DNA of 32,116 nucleotides from a virus (taxonomy: Duplodnaviria > Caudoviricetes): IMG/VR virus record IMGVR_UViG_3300016464_000173, positions 1-32,116 of that record; one strand, given 5' to 3'. The notes below the pieces were generated by a model that made no database searches, had not been told where the DNA came from, and saw only the letters and a program-made list of their open reading frames with translations. Within the stretch, counting starts at the first letter, position 1, and each line of letters starts with the position of its first letter. A program made the translations under genes and the position numbers. This document shows positions 14,110 through 23,175 of this stretch, piece by piece.

Positions 14110-16544
14110 GGTGGTGTTCCGCCTCCCCCGGTTCGCGTAATCGTTACCGGCACGTCAGCCGTTGCGGTCAGCGGCGTGCCACCTGTCGAATCTGTCACGG
14201 TGCAGCGGTAGATGCCCGAAACAAACTCATCTTCGTTAAGCGTGGCGCTGAATGTCGTCGTCGCCGCGCTCGGGCTTGTGATGGTGAAACTGTCACCGGA
14301 TACAAAGGCCCAGGAATAGGTATAGGGAGTCGTGCCACCGGAAGCCGTCACGGTGGTGGATGCCGTGGTCAGCGTTGCGGCTGATCCGGTTTTGCTAAGG
14401 GTCGTCGGCGAGGCGCTGGCAGTCATCGCCACGCGCGTAATCTCCACCGAAACAACTGCGGTTTTCGTGGCTGCTGCTGCATCGGTCACGGTGCAAGTAA
14501 ATACGGCGCTGTAAGTCGAACCGCTCGCAAGACTCGATCCGGTGAACGTGGTGGTTGCAGCCGTTGAGGATGTCGCCGTGATCGACGTAGAGCCGCTGGT
14601 TCGCGCCCACGAGTAGGTATAGGGCGCAGTGCCACCCGCAGCCGTGACCGTCACAGAGGCCGTCACAATGGTTGCTCCGGTATCGGTCTTGCTGACAGAC
14701 GACGGGGCCACGGTGGCGGTCAGCGAACCGGGAATAGAATCGGCCGCAGCGGCCACGCCGTTGGTGGCTGGCTCGGTGGTCGAGGTATTGCCCGCATCCG
14801 TCCGCACGCGCACCCAGTAGTACCGAGTCGTCGTGTCGTTCTTCGGGATAAATACCGACGTTGCCACGCCCGACCAGATGCGGACAGCCGACGAGAATGG
14901 CGTAACCGAGGTGTGCTCGTATACTTCATACACCGAGCCGGTGGGCAGGACAGCCGGAGCAGTCCACGACAGATTAAAGCCGCTCGCCAAGTTCTTAGCG
15001 GTAAGGCCAGTCGGCGGAGCAGGAATATAGGTCGATGGTACGGGAGTACTAACCGATGTCGGGGTTTCGTAATCGCCCACGACAGGATCGCTCCAATCGC
15101 TCGAGTCTTCCTCGCGGACGACCAGTTCGATGAACCCTGCCGGGTTAAACTGCCACGACTCGCAGCGGACGTATTTGTTAGTCCAGCCTAACTCCGCAAT
15201 CGTGATCTGCCCGACATCAAATGGGCGAATTTTGTAGGCCGACATTCCCGCGCGGATCGTTGCAATCGTGGCATTCCGCCCACGGCGCGAAAGCAGGATT
15301 GCATGACGCTGCGCTTCGTACTCATTGGTGCAGGCTGCGAAGTCAACATCCAGCCACGTCTGCTCGCCGTCGGCGGCCACATAGGATGTATTGATAACCG
15401 GCTGAAACTCCATCTGCTGCCAGTTCTTATCGGCATTCACAAATGATCCGCGCACGCTGTTGTAGCGGTTGTTGTAAGGCAATGCCGTTGTGACGTTTAT
15501 CCCGCTGTCAATTAGATCGGATTCGTCAAGTGAGAATGACGACGACTGCCACGCGCCCGCGAACATCCGCCACTGACCGCCCGAGTAGTAGCACACGCCA
15601 GCCATTGCATCGACCAACTTGGTGATGTTGTCCTCGAACGAGTCTGTAGCGAGTAGCACCACATTGCACGTATACCGTTTCTGTGTAGCCGGGCCGGGTA
15701 TGTTTACGAGTTCGTCGCAGATATCCGCAGCGTCAGCGACCAGCACCCAGTCGATGCGGTCGGTATCCTCGCCAAGCCCGAGCCGTGTGGAAATCAGATA
15801 GTCAGCAAGGCAGAGGGCAGGATTCGATGAGTAGGTAAACGTGGACGGATCATCGAGCCGCTGCGAGCCAACGCCGCCCGGCTGCGTAGAATCTAGACGC
15901 GGGTCATATACTCGCTTGCCTTCAACGAGCGCGGTCACTTCCGGCTTGCCCGTCTTGTACACCGTCTCATCGAACTGGTACGTCAGCGCAAGATAGCCAA
16001 CCTCGCGTCCACGGTGGCCCGAAGTCCACTCGGTAAATGCTGTATTCAGTTTGTAATCGGCCGTCTGCTCATTGGTGCCACGATATGCACGCACCCATGC
16101 TTTATTGCTCCACGCGCCGCTTGTCACCTTGCCGTCGTCATCCGATCCGGTAATAGCCGTGATGGTGCCGATGGCCGTGCGATTGAAATAGATTTGGCCG
16201 ATGCTGTTGAGTTCGTGACCGGACAGCGCCAAGACTTGATGCAAGTATTCGTTATTCGTGCCAGAGGTCAGCGGCGGAATCACGTTCATTCCAGAGACCA
16301 GCATCTCGCCGTATATGATTCTTCGAGGCTCGATGTTGCCCGAATACTCAACATCGTTTTGCGGCTTTGGAATTCTAGGAAGTTTGATTAGAGACTGCGT
16401 TACCTTTTTTAGCGCATACATACTGCCGCCAATACTGGCGACCGCAAAAAAAGACCCAGTAACGTATCCCGCTATGGCCGATCCGGTTGCATAAGCGACT
16501 GCGCCTGCAATCTGTCCAGCGACAACGAATATTGCTTGAGGCAT
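14106..16544 (-). CDS. Tail tip / central fibre protein (gpJ-like) with FN3 and two Ig-like domains
   Basis: PRRIIYG, VEGKRVYDPR, YSSNPALCLADYL; FN3 (YYWVRVR); two GGT.PYTYSW...CTVTD repeats. Confidence 0.85.
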   Translation of the reverse strand: MPQAIFVVAGQIAGAVAYATGSAIAGYVTGSFFAVASIGGSMYALKKVTQSLIKLPRIPKPQNDVEYSGNIEPRRIIYGEMLVSGMNVIPPLTSGTNNEYLHQVLALSGHELNSIGQIYFNRTAIGTITAITGSDDDGKVTSGAWSNKAWVRAYRGTNEQTADYKLNTAFTEWTSGHRGREVGYLALTYQFDETVYKTGKPEVTALVEGKRVYDPRLDSTQPGGVGSQRLDDPSTFTYSSNPALCLADYLISTRLGLGEDTDRIDWVLVADAADICDELVNIPGPATQKRYTCNVVLLATDSFEDNITKLVDAMAGVCYYSGGQWRMFAGAWQSSSFSLDESDLIDSGINVTTALPYNNRYNSVRGSFVNADKNWQQMEFQPVINTSYVAADGEQTWLDVDFAACTNEYEAQRHAILLSRRGRNATIATIRAGMSAYKIRPFDVGQITIAELGWTNKYVRCESWQFNPAGFIELVVREEDSSDWSDPVVGDYETPTSVSTPVPSTYIPAPPTGLTAKNLASGFNLSWTAPAVLPTGSVYEVYEHTSVTPFSSAVRIWSGVATSVFIPKNDTTTRYYWVRVRTDAGNTSTTEPATNGVAAAADSIPGSLTATVAPSSVSKTDTGATIVTASVTVTAAGGTAPYTYSWARTSGSTSITATSSTAATTTFTGSSLASGSTYSAVFTCTVTDAAAATKTAVVSVEITRVAMTASASPTTLSKTGSAATLTTASTTVTASGGTTPYTYSWAFVSGDSFTITSPSAATTTFSATLNEDEFVSGIYRCTVTDSTGGTPLTATADVPVTITRTGGGGTPP

Positions 16545-16933
16545 TACCAGACCCCCATCACTGAAGCCTTCGGCAATGTCACCGGGCCATTCAAGCCAAG
16601 CGCCGCAACCGCGCGCCCTGTGCAGATGCCGAGCATTTCACGCCCTGCGTTCTCTACCAGCACGACATCGCCGCGCATTGGCCGAGTGCGCCGCATCTCG
16701 CCGAGGTACTCGCAGACCGCTGGGCCAATTCCGCCTTGCGCTTCGATGTACGCCAACGCGCTGGCCTCGTCGTGATAACGCGCGGCCAGTGCTTCAGCGT
16801 GGTGCGTGTCGTGCATCGCATCGTAAACACGCGCGGCAAAAAGACAGCAGTCATCCACGCCCCACGAAAACGCGCGACCCTCGTGCGCCTCGATGGTTTC
16901 CCACATTTTATCCAGCCAGTCTGCGCGCTTCAT
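16544..16933 (-). CDS. NlpC/P60-like tail tip assembly protein (DUF6950-like)
   Basis: FSWGVDDCCLFAA, RGDVVL; position between hub and J. Confidence 0.7.
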   Translation of the reverse strand: MKRADWLDKMWETIEAHEGRAFSWGVDDCCLFAARVYDAMHDTHHAEALAARYHDEASALAYIEAQGGIGPAVCEYLGEMRRTRPMRGDVVLVENAGREMLGICTGRAVAALGLNGPVTLPKASVMGVW

Positions 16934-17637
16934 TTTTTAGCCGGTTGTCCGCCAGTACCACGCCCGCTGCCGTCAGTACCAGGCAAGCCGCCGCCACCAT
17001 AGGATGCGTCACGATTTCCCCATTGGGAAATAAAGCCGGGAATCGCATAGACAAGATCGAAAAATTGATCGTTCGGGAAAAATATCTTCTGATCTTCGTC
17101 TGTGAATCTTCCAATGCGAGGCTCGCGGCGCAGTCTGTATTCGCAAGTCAGTTTGATATCTGCAACGCCCTTTGCAAGATTTAAGGACATTTGATTCATG
17201 CGACCTTCCCAGACAACCTCGGGCGTGTCGATGAATGTCCCGTCGGTTTGGTTGAGAAAGCCGAGATAAATAACCACCGAGCGATTCTGGTAGTTTTCTG
17301 TCATGGTCGTTGAGACCAAAGACGAATCGACGCCGGAAAGCGTCAAGGTTATTGATCTAGCGATAACCTCGATACTTTCGTCTACGATGTCGATTCCGCC
17401 AAACTTGCCCACGCCGTAGAAGGTTTCGGCTGCGGCCTCAAGGGAGATGTTCTCTGGTACTTCTGTTTGCAAATTGTCGCCGTCTTCCATGCGGAGCAGC
17501 CCGGCAAAGGTCAACTCACCAACGCCGTCATGGACGCGAACAACGCCGGAAGCAAAGTCCAACTCGGCGAGTACCACCATGTAGACCGATGGCTTGTCGG
17601 CCTCTGCGGCATTATCGCCGCTAACTATTCTGCTCAC
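16930..17637 (-). CDS. Tail tip hub / minor tail protein (gpL/DUF2163-like)
   Basis: LTLSGV, WEGRMN, RFTDEDQK..FPNDQFF; position. Confidence 0.7.
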   Translation of the reverse strand: MSRIVSGDNAAEADKPSVYMVVLAELDFASGVVRVHDGVGELTFAGLLRMEDGDNLQTEVPENISLEAAAETFYGVGKFGGIDIVDESIEVIARSITLTLSGVDSSLVSTTMTENYQNRSVVIYLGFLNQTDGTFIDTPEVVWEGRMNQMSLNLAKGVADIKLTCEYRLRREPRIGRFTDEDQKIFFPNDQFFDLVYAIPGFISQWGNRDASYGGGGLPGTDGSGRGTGGQPAKK

Positions 17638-18641
17638 GCAATGTCCTCGATCAGTGACATTTCGACATCGCTAATGATGCCGGGACGGGTCGCCCACGAT
17701 ACCCGATCATCTGCAAGCATAAACCGCCCCATCGGGTTGCGGAAAATCACCGGAGTATTGTCAGCCGGTGAGGTTCGCAGCGTCGGCTCAAACATGAGGT
17801 AGCCCTGCCCCGATCCGTTCGAGTTAAGGTCGGCCGTCAACCGCTTGAGTTCGCCGTTGATCTCAACCCAATCGCCCGCCAGCGCCAGCCCGTTGGTAGA
17901 GGTCGGCAGGCCGTCGATGTTCAGAGCACCGCCGACTTGACTAGCCCCGTTGACTAACCCGCAGCGGGCAACCGAGGCGTAGGTAAGAAACTGGAAGTCG
18001 TTGGCCGCGCGTCCAGAAATGTAGTCGTAAAACGAAACGTGAGACGACGTGCCGGACGCTGTGAAGGTTTCAACGTACTTGCCCGCATCGGTGCGTGTAG
18101 TGCCAGAAAGAAGCCCAGATGCGCCCTGCGACGTGCCAGCCATAGCCGCCGCGCGCACGTTGCCCTTGCCAGCGCCGAGCACGAAGCGCACGGCATACGG
18201 GGCGGAGGTTACGGTGGTGAGTGCGGACTGGTAGGCGTAGCGGTCAGCGGTCACGCCCGTGCGGGTAAGCCGCAGCCCGAAGTGTGAGTCAGCCGACAGC
18301 GCCAACTCGGCATCGCTCGAGGCCCAGCCAGTCGTGTTGGTCACGGCGGCATTGTTGGTCAGCAATTCGGCATTGGAGAACGATCCCGCAAACGCGCCAG
18401 CCGGGTCGGAGAGGTGCAGCCGGTTGGCCCGACCGCGCAGTGCCGCAATAAGGGACAGCAGCCGCCGACGCTTGGCGGCAGATGGCGCGCGGAAGATCAG
18501 CCGACACGACCAGCGATTACCGGGCCGTGAGTACGTCCGCGTGGAGCCGGATAGAGCCGAGGAAAATACCGCCGTGTTGTCGATCAGCGACCATTCGACA
18601 TCCGAGGCGACCAGATCGGGAGGCAATACGTAGTCGGTCAT
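17634..18641 (-). CDS. Distal tail protein with inserted carbohydrate-binding-like domain
   Basis: Follows TMP; F.S.LSG...PG.RW, LAGDWVEINGEL, FEPTLR; extra central ~150 aa. Confidence 0.65.
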   Translation of the reverse strand: MTDYVLPPDLVASDVEWSLIDNTAVFSSALSGSTRTYSRPGNRWSCRLIFRAPSAAKRRRLLSLIAALRGRANRLHLSDPAGAFAGSFSNAELLTNNAAVTNTTGWASSDAELALSADSHFGLRLTRTGVTADRYAYQSALTTVTSAPYAVRFVLGAGKGNVRAAAMAGTSQGASGLLSGTTRTDAGKYVETFTASGTSSHVSFYDYISGRAANDFQFLTYASVARCGLVNGASQVGGALNIDGLPTSTNGLALAGDWVEINGELKRLTADLNSNGSGQGYLMFEPTLRTSPADNTPVIFRNPMGRFMLADDRVSWATRPGIISDVEMSLIEDIA

Positions 18642-19864
18642 CGTCCCACCCCATAGCGCCGGTCGAGTTCTTCAAAGATGCGGCGGTTGTTCTCTTGCAG
18701 GATGCCCGGCAGTGCCGATTGCAGATCGGCCGTCGCGCCTCGTGCGTCTATATTGTACACCGGCGCGACAGTCATCCCGCCCATCATTGCGCCATTCGGC
18801 ACGATGCCACCCGATGAGCCGGGCACGAACAACTCGGGGCCGCGCTCGCCAACGATGTACGGACGGCCAGCGGATACTGAACCGCCGGACGCGCGGCCTT
18901 GAATCGAACTAATTGCAGCCTTTGAGAAGTTAGCAAGAAATCCAGTCCCGCCCGTAAACATACTAAAGAAGGCGACCAGAAGTTGCTGCGATATGATCTG
19001 CGCGAGCATCTGCCGAATCATATCGACAAAGCCTCGAAGCATCCCGCGCAGTCCGTCTTGGAACGGATCAAACAAGAAAGCAGCGAAGGATTGCTGCATC
19101 TGGCGTGCGGCTTCTTCGGCGAATACCGTCAACTTCGATACGCCTTCCTCGGCACTATCGAATATCGTTTCGCCAAGTTCGCCGCCTCTTTCTAGTTCTT
19201 CGGCAAACTTGTCTCGCAGGTCAATAATCCCTTGCTCAATATCGCTCTCAATTTCTGCAATATATTTTCCTGCATCATCAACGCCATACAGAGCGCGCAG
19301 CGCATTCGGGATTGTTTCGGGTTTTGCTGCCGCGGATACTGATGGGCCAGCCTTTGCAACTGCCGCTGTTGCCGCACCTGGAATCTTTCCGCCAGCAACA
19401 GACCCTTGCACCATTTCAGAAACAAGCGCGGCGCTCGCTGCTGCGCCGCTTCCGCCCATGACGCTCGCTAGAAACTTCAAAATTGTATCTGGGCTTTTTA
19501 CAAAACTTGAACGGCTGATTGCCGTGATGTTTTCTATTACTCTTGCCGTTACTTCTACAACCTTTGAAAATCCAGTTATTAGCGCACTAGTTAAAGTCTG
19601 CACAGATGAAACAATCGTTGGGTCTTTCAAAGCCATGTTTAGTTTTTCGATGGCCTTGCGTCCCTCCTCTGTCCCTTCTGCCGCTTTCGTTAATTTGCCA
19701 AATGCGCTAACAAGTACCGACCCGGTTAGAAACCCAAAGGCAAAATTCACCGCCTTCGCCGTCACCTTCGCGGTACGCTCAAGCGTTTTCATGCTTCGCA
19801 TCGCCGAATTGATCGCCGCCTGTGTGCGATCAACTGCGGTGATTGTTACCTGTGCTTGCGCCAT
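18638..19864 (-). CDS. Tape measure protein (short, 408 aa)
   Basis: ITAVDRT N-terminus; RASGGSV..GRPYIVGERGPELFVP C-terminus; AGGAG RBS before MAQAQ. Confidence 0.85.
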   Translation of the reverse strand: MAQAQVTITAVDRTQAAINSAMRSMKTLERTAKVTAKAVNFAFGFLTGSVLVSAFGKLTKAAEGTEEGRKAIEKLNMALKDPTIVSSVQTLTSALITGFSKVVEVTARVIENITAISRSSFVKSPDTILKFLASVMGGSGAAASAALVSEMVQGSVAGGKIPGAATAAVAKAGPSVSAAAKPETIPNALRALYGVDDAGKYIAEIESDIEQGIIDLRDKFAEELERGGELGETIFDSAEEGVSKLTVFAEEAARQMQQSFAAFLFDPFQDGLRGMLRGFVDMIRQMLAQIISQQLLVAFFSMFTGGTGFLANFSKAAISSIQGRASGGSVSAGRPYIVGERGPELFVPGSSGGIVPNGAMMGGMTVAPVYNIDARGATADLQSALPGILQENNRRIFEELDRRYGVGR

Positions 19865-20010
19865 GCTCGCTCCTGGTCGTCCGCTTCCATCTTGCAAGCG
19901 GCGAGTAGGTGATAAAAGTCTGCCTCTGTCATGCTGAAAATCTGTTCTGGAAGGACGGACAACCGGAGGGAAAGGGCATAGACCGCCCTAAGTTGTCCGT
20001 CCTCCATCAT
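19846..20010 (-). CDS. Tail assembly chaperone gpT-like extension (-1 frame)
   Basis: Not in track. MMEDGQLRAVYALSLRLSVLPEQIFSMTEADFYHLLAACKMEADDQERAWRKHR in the -1 frame of gpG. Confidence 0.7.
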   Translation of the reverse strand: MMEDGQLRAVYALSLRLSVLPEQIFSMTEADFYHLLAACKMEADDQERAWRKHR

Positions 20011-20018
20011 TTTTTTTC
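19952..20018 (-). other. Programmed -1 frameshift signal: slippery G AAA AAA AA plus downstream hairpin
   Basis: A8 run at 20010-20017 before the gpG stop; 12-bp perfect stem AGGACGGACAAC/GTTGTCCGTCCT (19952-19963, 19992-20003). Confidence 0.7.
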
Positions 20019-20363
20019 GGCATCCTCCACGCTTTGCGGCGTGTCGTTCATCGCAGAAACGATCTTGGCGATCACCTCTGGGTCGTAGTTGTTCAGCAGT
20101 TCGATACGCTCGGCCTTGCTGAACACCCGTCGCCCCTCGACATCTCGCGCTCGGACAATCAGCGTCGTCGCCATTGCCTCAAGATCGAGTACCGTGGCAT
20201 CGCCTTGTTGCTTTGCGAGCAGGAAGATTTCCCGCCGCTCGGCTAAGGTCATATCGGGCCAGTAGTAAATCGTGGTGTTCCACTCTGGAACCACGATTGG
20301 AATCAGAGTCTCCGGCGTGCGCCGGTCGGCAAACTGTGATTTTGCCTGCTCTTTCCAGTTCAT
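20007..20363 (-). CDS. Tail assembly chaperone gpG-like
   Basis: VPEW, MTLAER, LIVRARD.EG.RVF; between tail tube and TMP. Confidence 0.8.
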   Translation of the reverse strand: MNWKEQAKSQFADRRTPETLIPIVVPEWNTTIYYWPDMTLAERREIFLLAKQQGDATVLDLEAMATTLIVRARDVEGRRVFSKAERIELLNNYDPEVIAKIVSAMNDTPQSVEDAEKK

Positions 20364-20375
20364 AAATCCTCGCTA

Positions 20376-20771
20376 TTAAGAAGCAGTCCCCGTGTTCAAA
20401 ACACCGTTTCCGATGAAATTGAAAGTAATTTCGGTGATCGCGCCACGCTGCACATTGCGCGTGATTTCTGTCACCAACACGTTGCCGTAATAATAAACAT
20501 CTGGATTTACTGCCCCCTCTGGATACAGGTTCAGCGCGATATTTGAGCCTGGAGCAAAAGCAACCTGACCGTTGGTATCCGTCTCATCCCAAAACGCCGT
20601 GACGCTACCGTTCCACGACGTAATCGCAGTCGTGTTGTAGGTCTTTGCAGTATCCGAGAGCGTGGTGTCCTCGGCATATTCTGCTGTCGCCGTGAATGAA
20701 AATCCGGTCACTTCGGCCACAGTGTTTGCGCCGATCTTGACCACTCCTTCTGAACCGTGATGGTTTGCCAT
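20376..20771 (-). CDS. Major tail tube protein
   Basis: GSEGVVKIG, EDTTL, SWNGS, LYPEG, F.G.G.L. Confidence 0.8.
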   Translation of the reverse strand: MANHHGSEGVVKIGANTVAEVTGFSFTATAEYAEDTTLSDTAKTYNTTAITSWNGSVTAFWDETDTNGQVAFAPGSNIALNLYPEGAVNPDVYYYGNVLVTEITRNVQRGAITEITFNFIGNGVLNTGTAS

Positions 20772-20783
20772 TTAACTGTCCTC

Positions 20784-21227
20784 TCAAGAAATGATAGTTC
20801 CCGCATCAGTTTCCAATGTCCGATATGACACTCGAAACTGCATCCTTGCTGACCCAATCGGGGCATCCCCGCTAAAGTCGAGCGATATCTGCGTGTCGAT
20901 TAACACGCAATCTTTCACCACTGCGCCGAGCGTATTGTCCGCACCGATGGCGTTCTCTACGCTTTCGCACAGTCTGTCGAGCCGGTCATCCAAATAGTCC
21001 GCATCTCGCGCCACGCACTCGATGACGACAGTCAGTTCTCGGTCGAACTTTCTGGGATACGTCAGCGTCGTCTGCGCGACAGTTTCGGTGTTGGTGTATA
21101 CCAGCGCCATCGAAACTGTATCGGCTGGGATCGGATAGACACGCGACTTACTCACCGTGTCGGCTACTGCCGCATTCGTCAGAATCGTGACGATGCTATC
21201 TCTGATCGTTTTGCGTGCGTGCGCCAT
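20784..21227 (-). CDS. Tail terminator / completion protein
   Basis: MAHARKTIR, SRVYP, LD...VENAI..D.TLG, F.VSY. Confidence 0.75.
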   Translation of the reverse strand: MAHARKTIRDSIVTILTNAAVADTVSKSRVYPIPADTVSMALVYTNTETVAQTTLTYPRKFDRELTVVIECVARDADYLDDRLDRLCESVENAIGADNTLGAVVKDCVLIDTQISLDFSGDAPIGSARMQFRVSYRTLETDAGTIIS

Positions 21228-21637
21228 TATGGGTTGCCCGTCTCAAGTAGGATAAAGCCGCCGTTCTCTTGCAGCATATTCGTGCCGTCTTGCAGCAGCA
21301 GATTGTTTTCTTCTGGTGCCTCAAGCCCGGTCGTCACCTCAAGCGTGAGCACCGTTACGCCAGTGCCGTCTGCTTTGAAGTTGCGAACGATGTACTTGTC
21401 ACAATCAATAAAAAGCAGATCGCCGAGTGCAGGCTTGCAGGGTAGCGCCGCCGTGGGGATCGTAAAGATCGGCACGCTGCTGCTGAATCCTGCCTCCGCG
21501 ACATCGACGATCTGGTAAGCGTTGTCGAATATGCCGACGATGTTAAACCGTGCGCCCTTGTTCTTGTAGATTGCCGCCACGCCCCAGTCGGCTGCGGTAA
21601 ACATCGAGCGTCTGTCAAAGTCGCTCTCGAAAGTCAC
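21227..21637 (-). CDS. Head-tail joining (FII-like) protein with C-terminal peptide extension
   Basis: GIFDNAY, GD.L.I, DGTGVTVLTLE, then ~30-aa tail. Confidence 0.75.
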   Translation of the reverse strand: MTFESDFDRRSMFTAADWGVAAIYKNKGARFNIVGIFDNAYQIVDVAEAGFSSSVPIFTIPTAALPCKPALGDLLFIDCDKYIVRNFKADGTGVTVLTLEVTTGLEAPEENNLLLQDGTNMLQENGGFILLETGNP

Positions 21638-21957
21638 GCGGGCGCGCTCAAGTCTGTAGTGGCCTCAAGTACCAGCACGGTCACGCCAGTGCCATCCGGC
21701 TGTATCTCGCGCACCGTGTAAATGTCCTGCCCGTTGATGATCTTGTCGCCCTCTGCCGAGTCTTTCGGCAGTGATGCGCTCGGGATCGTAAGTGCAATGC
21801 GCTCCGATGCGAACTCCGGTTCGGCTACTGCGACAGCCTGGTAAGGCGAGTCGAGAATGCCGCGCACGTTAAACCGCGTCTTTCCGCGTCGGTAGATAAG
21901 GTCGGTCGCTGCGTCCGAAAAGAACGCTCTGGTATCTGAACTGCTATAAACCGCCAT
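21634..21957 (-). CDS. Head-tail joining (FII-like) protein, paralogue
   Basis: GILDSPY, EGDKI, PDGTGVTVLVLE. Confidence 0.75.
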   Translation of the reverse strand: MAVYSSSDTRAFFSDAATDLIYRRGKTRFNVRGILDSPYQAVAVAEPEFASERIALTIPSASLPKDSAEGDKIINGQDIYTVREIQPDGTGVTVLVLEATTDLSAPA

Positions 21958-22489
21958 ATCTCACCGCCCACATTTCGCTAGTTGCGGTTGGCCCAATCCG
22001 CGATACCTCGCCAGAGAACACCGACCTAAAGAGTCGATCCCACTCGTGGTACGGTCTCGCAGACGGGTGAAGATTCACGCCGTCCCAATACGTCGGGTAG
22101 TCCGCCGCAGCAATCACTATCGTTCCGCGACATACCCGCTCAAGTTCTTTCAAGCCGGGAATTATATCCGGCTCAAGAACGTGCTCGATCACGTCAATGC
22201 ACGTGACGACATCAAATGAATGATCCTTAAAAGGCAGTGCAGTGATGACCGCGTTGTGTACACCATCGCCGCACAACTCCGGCACGGCTTCAGTGCCGAC
22301 CGCATCGAATCCCATCTTGCGCGCTGCGGTCAGTAGTTCGCCGCGCCCGCAACTGACATCGAGAAGAGAACCCGACAGCGTATCCAGCACAGAGACCACC
22401 GGAAAAAGCCGGTCGTCTGCCATGCCATAGTGCGAGTATTTCTTATAAACCTCGCGGTATTTCTCAATCTCTCTTTGGCGGGCGTCCAC
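21944..22489 (-). CDS. Class I SAM-dependent methyltransferase
   Basis: LLDVSCGRG, LPFKDHSFDVVTCIDVIEHV, LKELERV. Confidence 0.85.
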   Translation of the reverse strand: MDARQREIEKYREVYKKYSHYGMADDRLFPVVSVLDTLSGSLLDVSCGRGELLTAARKMGFDAVGTEAVPELCGDGVHNAVITALPFKDHSFDVVTCIDVIEHVLEPDIIPGLKELERVCRGTIVIAAADYPTYWDGVNLHPSARPYHEWDRLFRSVFSGEVSRIGPTATSEMWAVRYGGL

Positions 22490-22658
22490 GTTTCTTTTCC
22501 GGTGAGAATACTTCGGTTAAAAAGTCTTGGCGAACATACTGCACGGCCATCTGCCGCCCAATGAGCCATCGACCAAAGCCATCATCGACCTCAACCACAC
22601 GGCCGCGCTCAAGAGTTTGGCCGTTGTAAAGTCTTGACCGGATCATTTCGACTTTCAT
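22464..22658 (-). CDS. Small capsid-region protein with AT-hook-like tail
   Basis: MKVEMIRSRL..G.TLERGRVVEV...LI...A; C-terminal KKRGRPPK. Confidence 0.6.
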   Translation of the reverse strand: MKVEMIRSRLYNGQTLERGRVVEVDDGFGRWLIGRQMAVQYVRQDFLTEVFSPEKKRGRPPKRD

Positions 22659-23173
22659 AGTCCCTTGAACACCTGTGTTAAACAACCGGACGCCACCCGA
22701 ACCTTCTCGGGTTCTTTCATGTAATCACGAACTTTGACCCACGCTTGGATGTTTGACACGCCATCCTCAACGCGCAGATCGCCATTTTTGCTGTGCCAAT
22801 ATCTGCGGCTCGTCATGTAGTTGTCGCAGCCGCAGATGTAAATCTGCTCGAATCCAAGATACTCGGCAATCCATACGGCAGTGCCGCCGCTGAATCCGAA
22901 GTCTGGGCAGATGCCAGACCAAATATCGCACGCATCTTTATGGTGCGAAATCACCGGAGCGTGGCCCTGCAAAATCGGCCACAGTTCCTTGTCTTGGTAA
23001 ACGATGTAATCCAAATTAAGCAAGAGAGCGTGCTGGTTCACTCCAACCAACACGCCCTCTCGCAGTAGCAAAGGCCGCACCGCTTTGAAGTCATTTACCA
23101 AAGCGGGGCCACCACCGAGGACAGCACAACGCTGTCCCCGGTGACGCCCTTCGTATGCGGCTAGATCAATCAC
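22655..23173 (-). CDS. Maf/DUF115 or CstII(GT42)-like transferase
   Basis: GTG start just after the capsid stop; CAVLGGGPAL, VGVN, YIVYQD, SGGTAVWIAEYLGFEQIYICGCD. Confidence 0.7.
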   Translation of the reverse strand: MIDLAAYEGRHRGQRCAVLGGGPALVNDFKAVRPLLLREGVLVGVNQHALLLNLDYIVYQDKELWPILQGHAPVISHHKDACDIWSGICPDFGFSGGTAVWIAEYLGFEQIYICGCDNYMTSRRYWHSKNGDLRVEDGVSNIQAWVKVRDYMKEPEKVRVASGCLTQVFKGL

Positions 23174-23175
23174 TA

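Noticed and set aside
21944-22489. DNA methyltransferase
   Set aside because: No DPPY/NPPY or PC motif; small-molecule type
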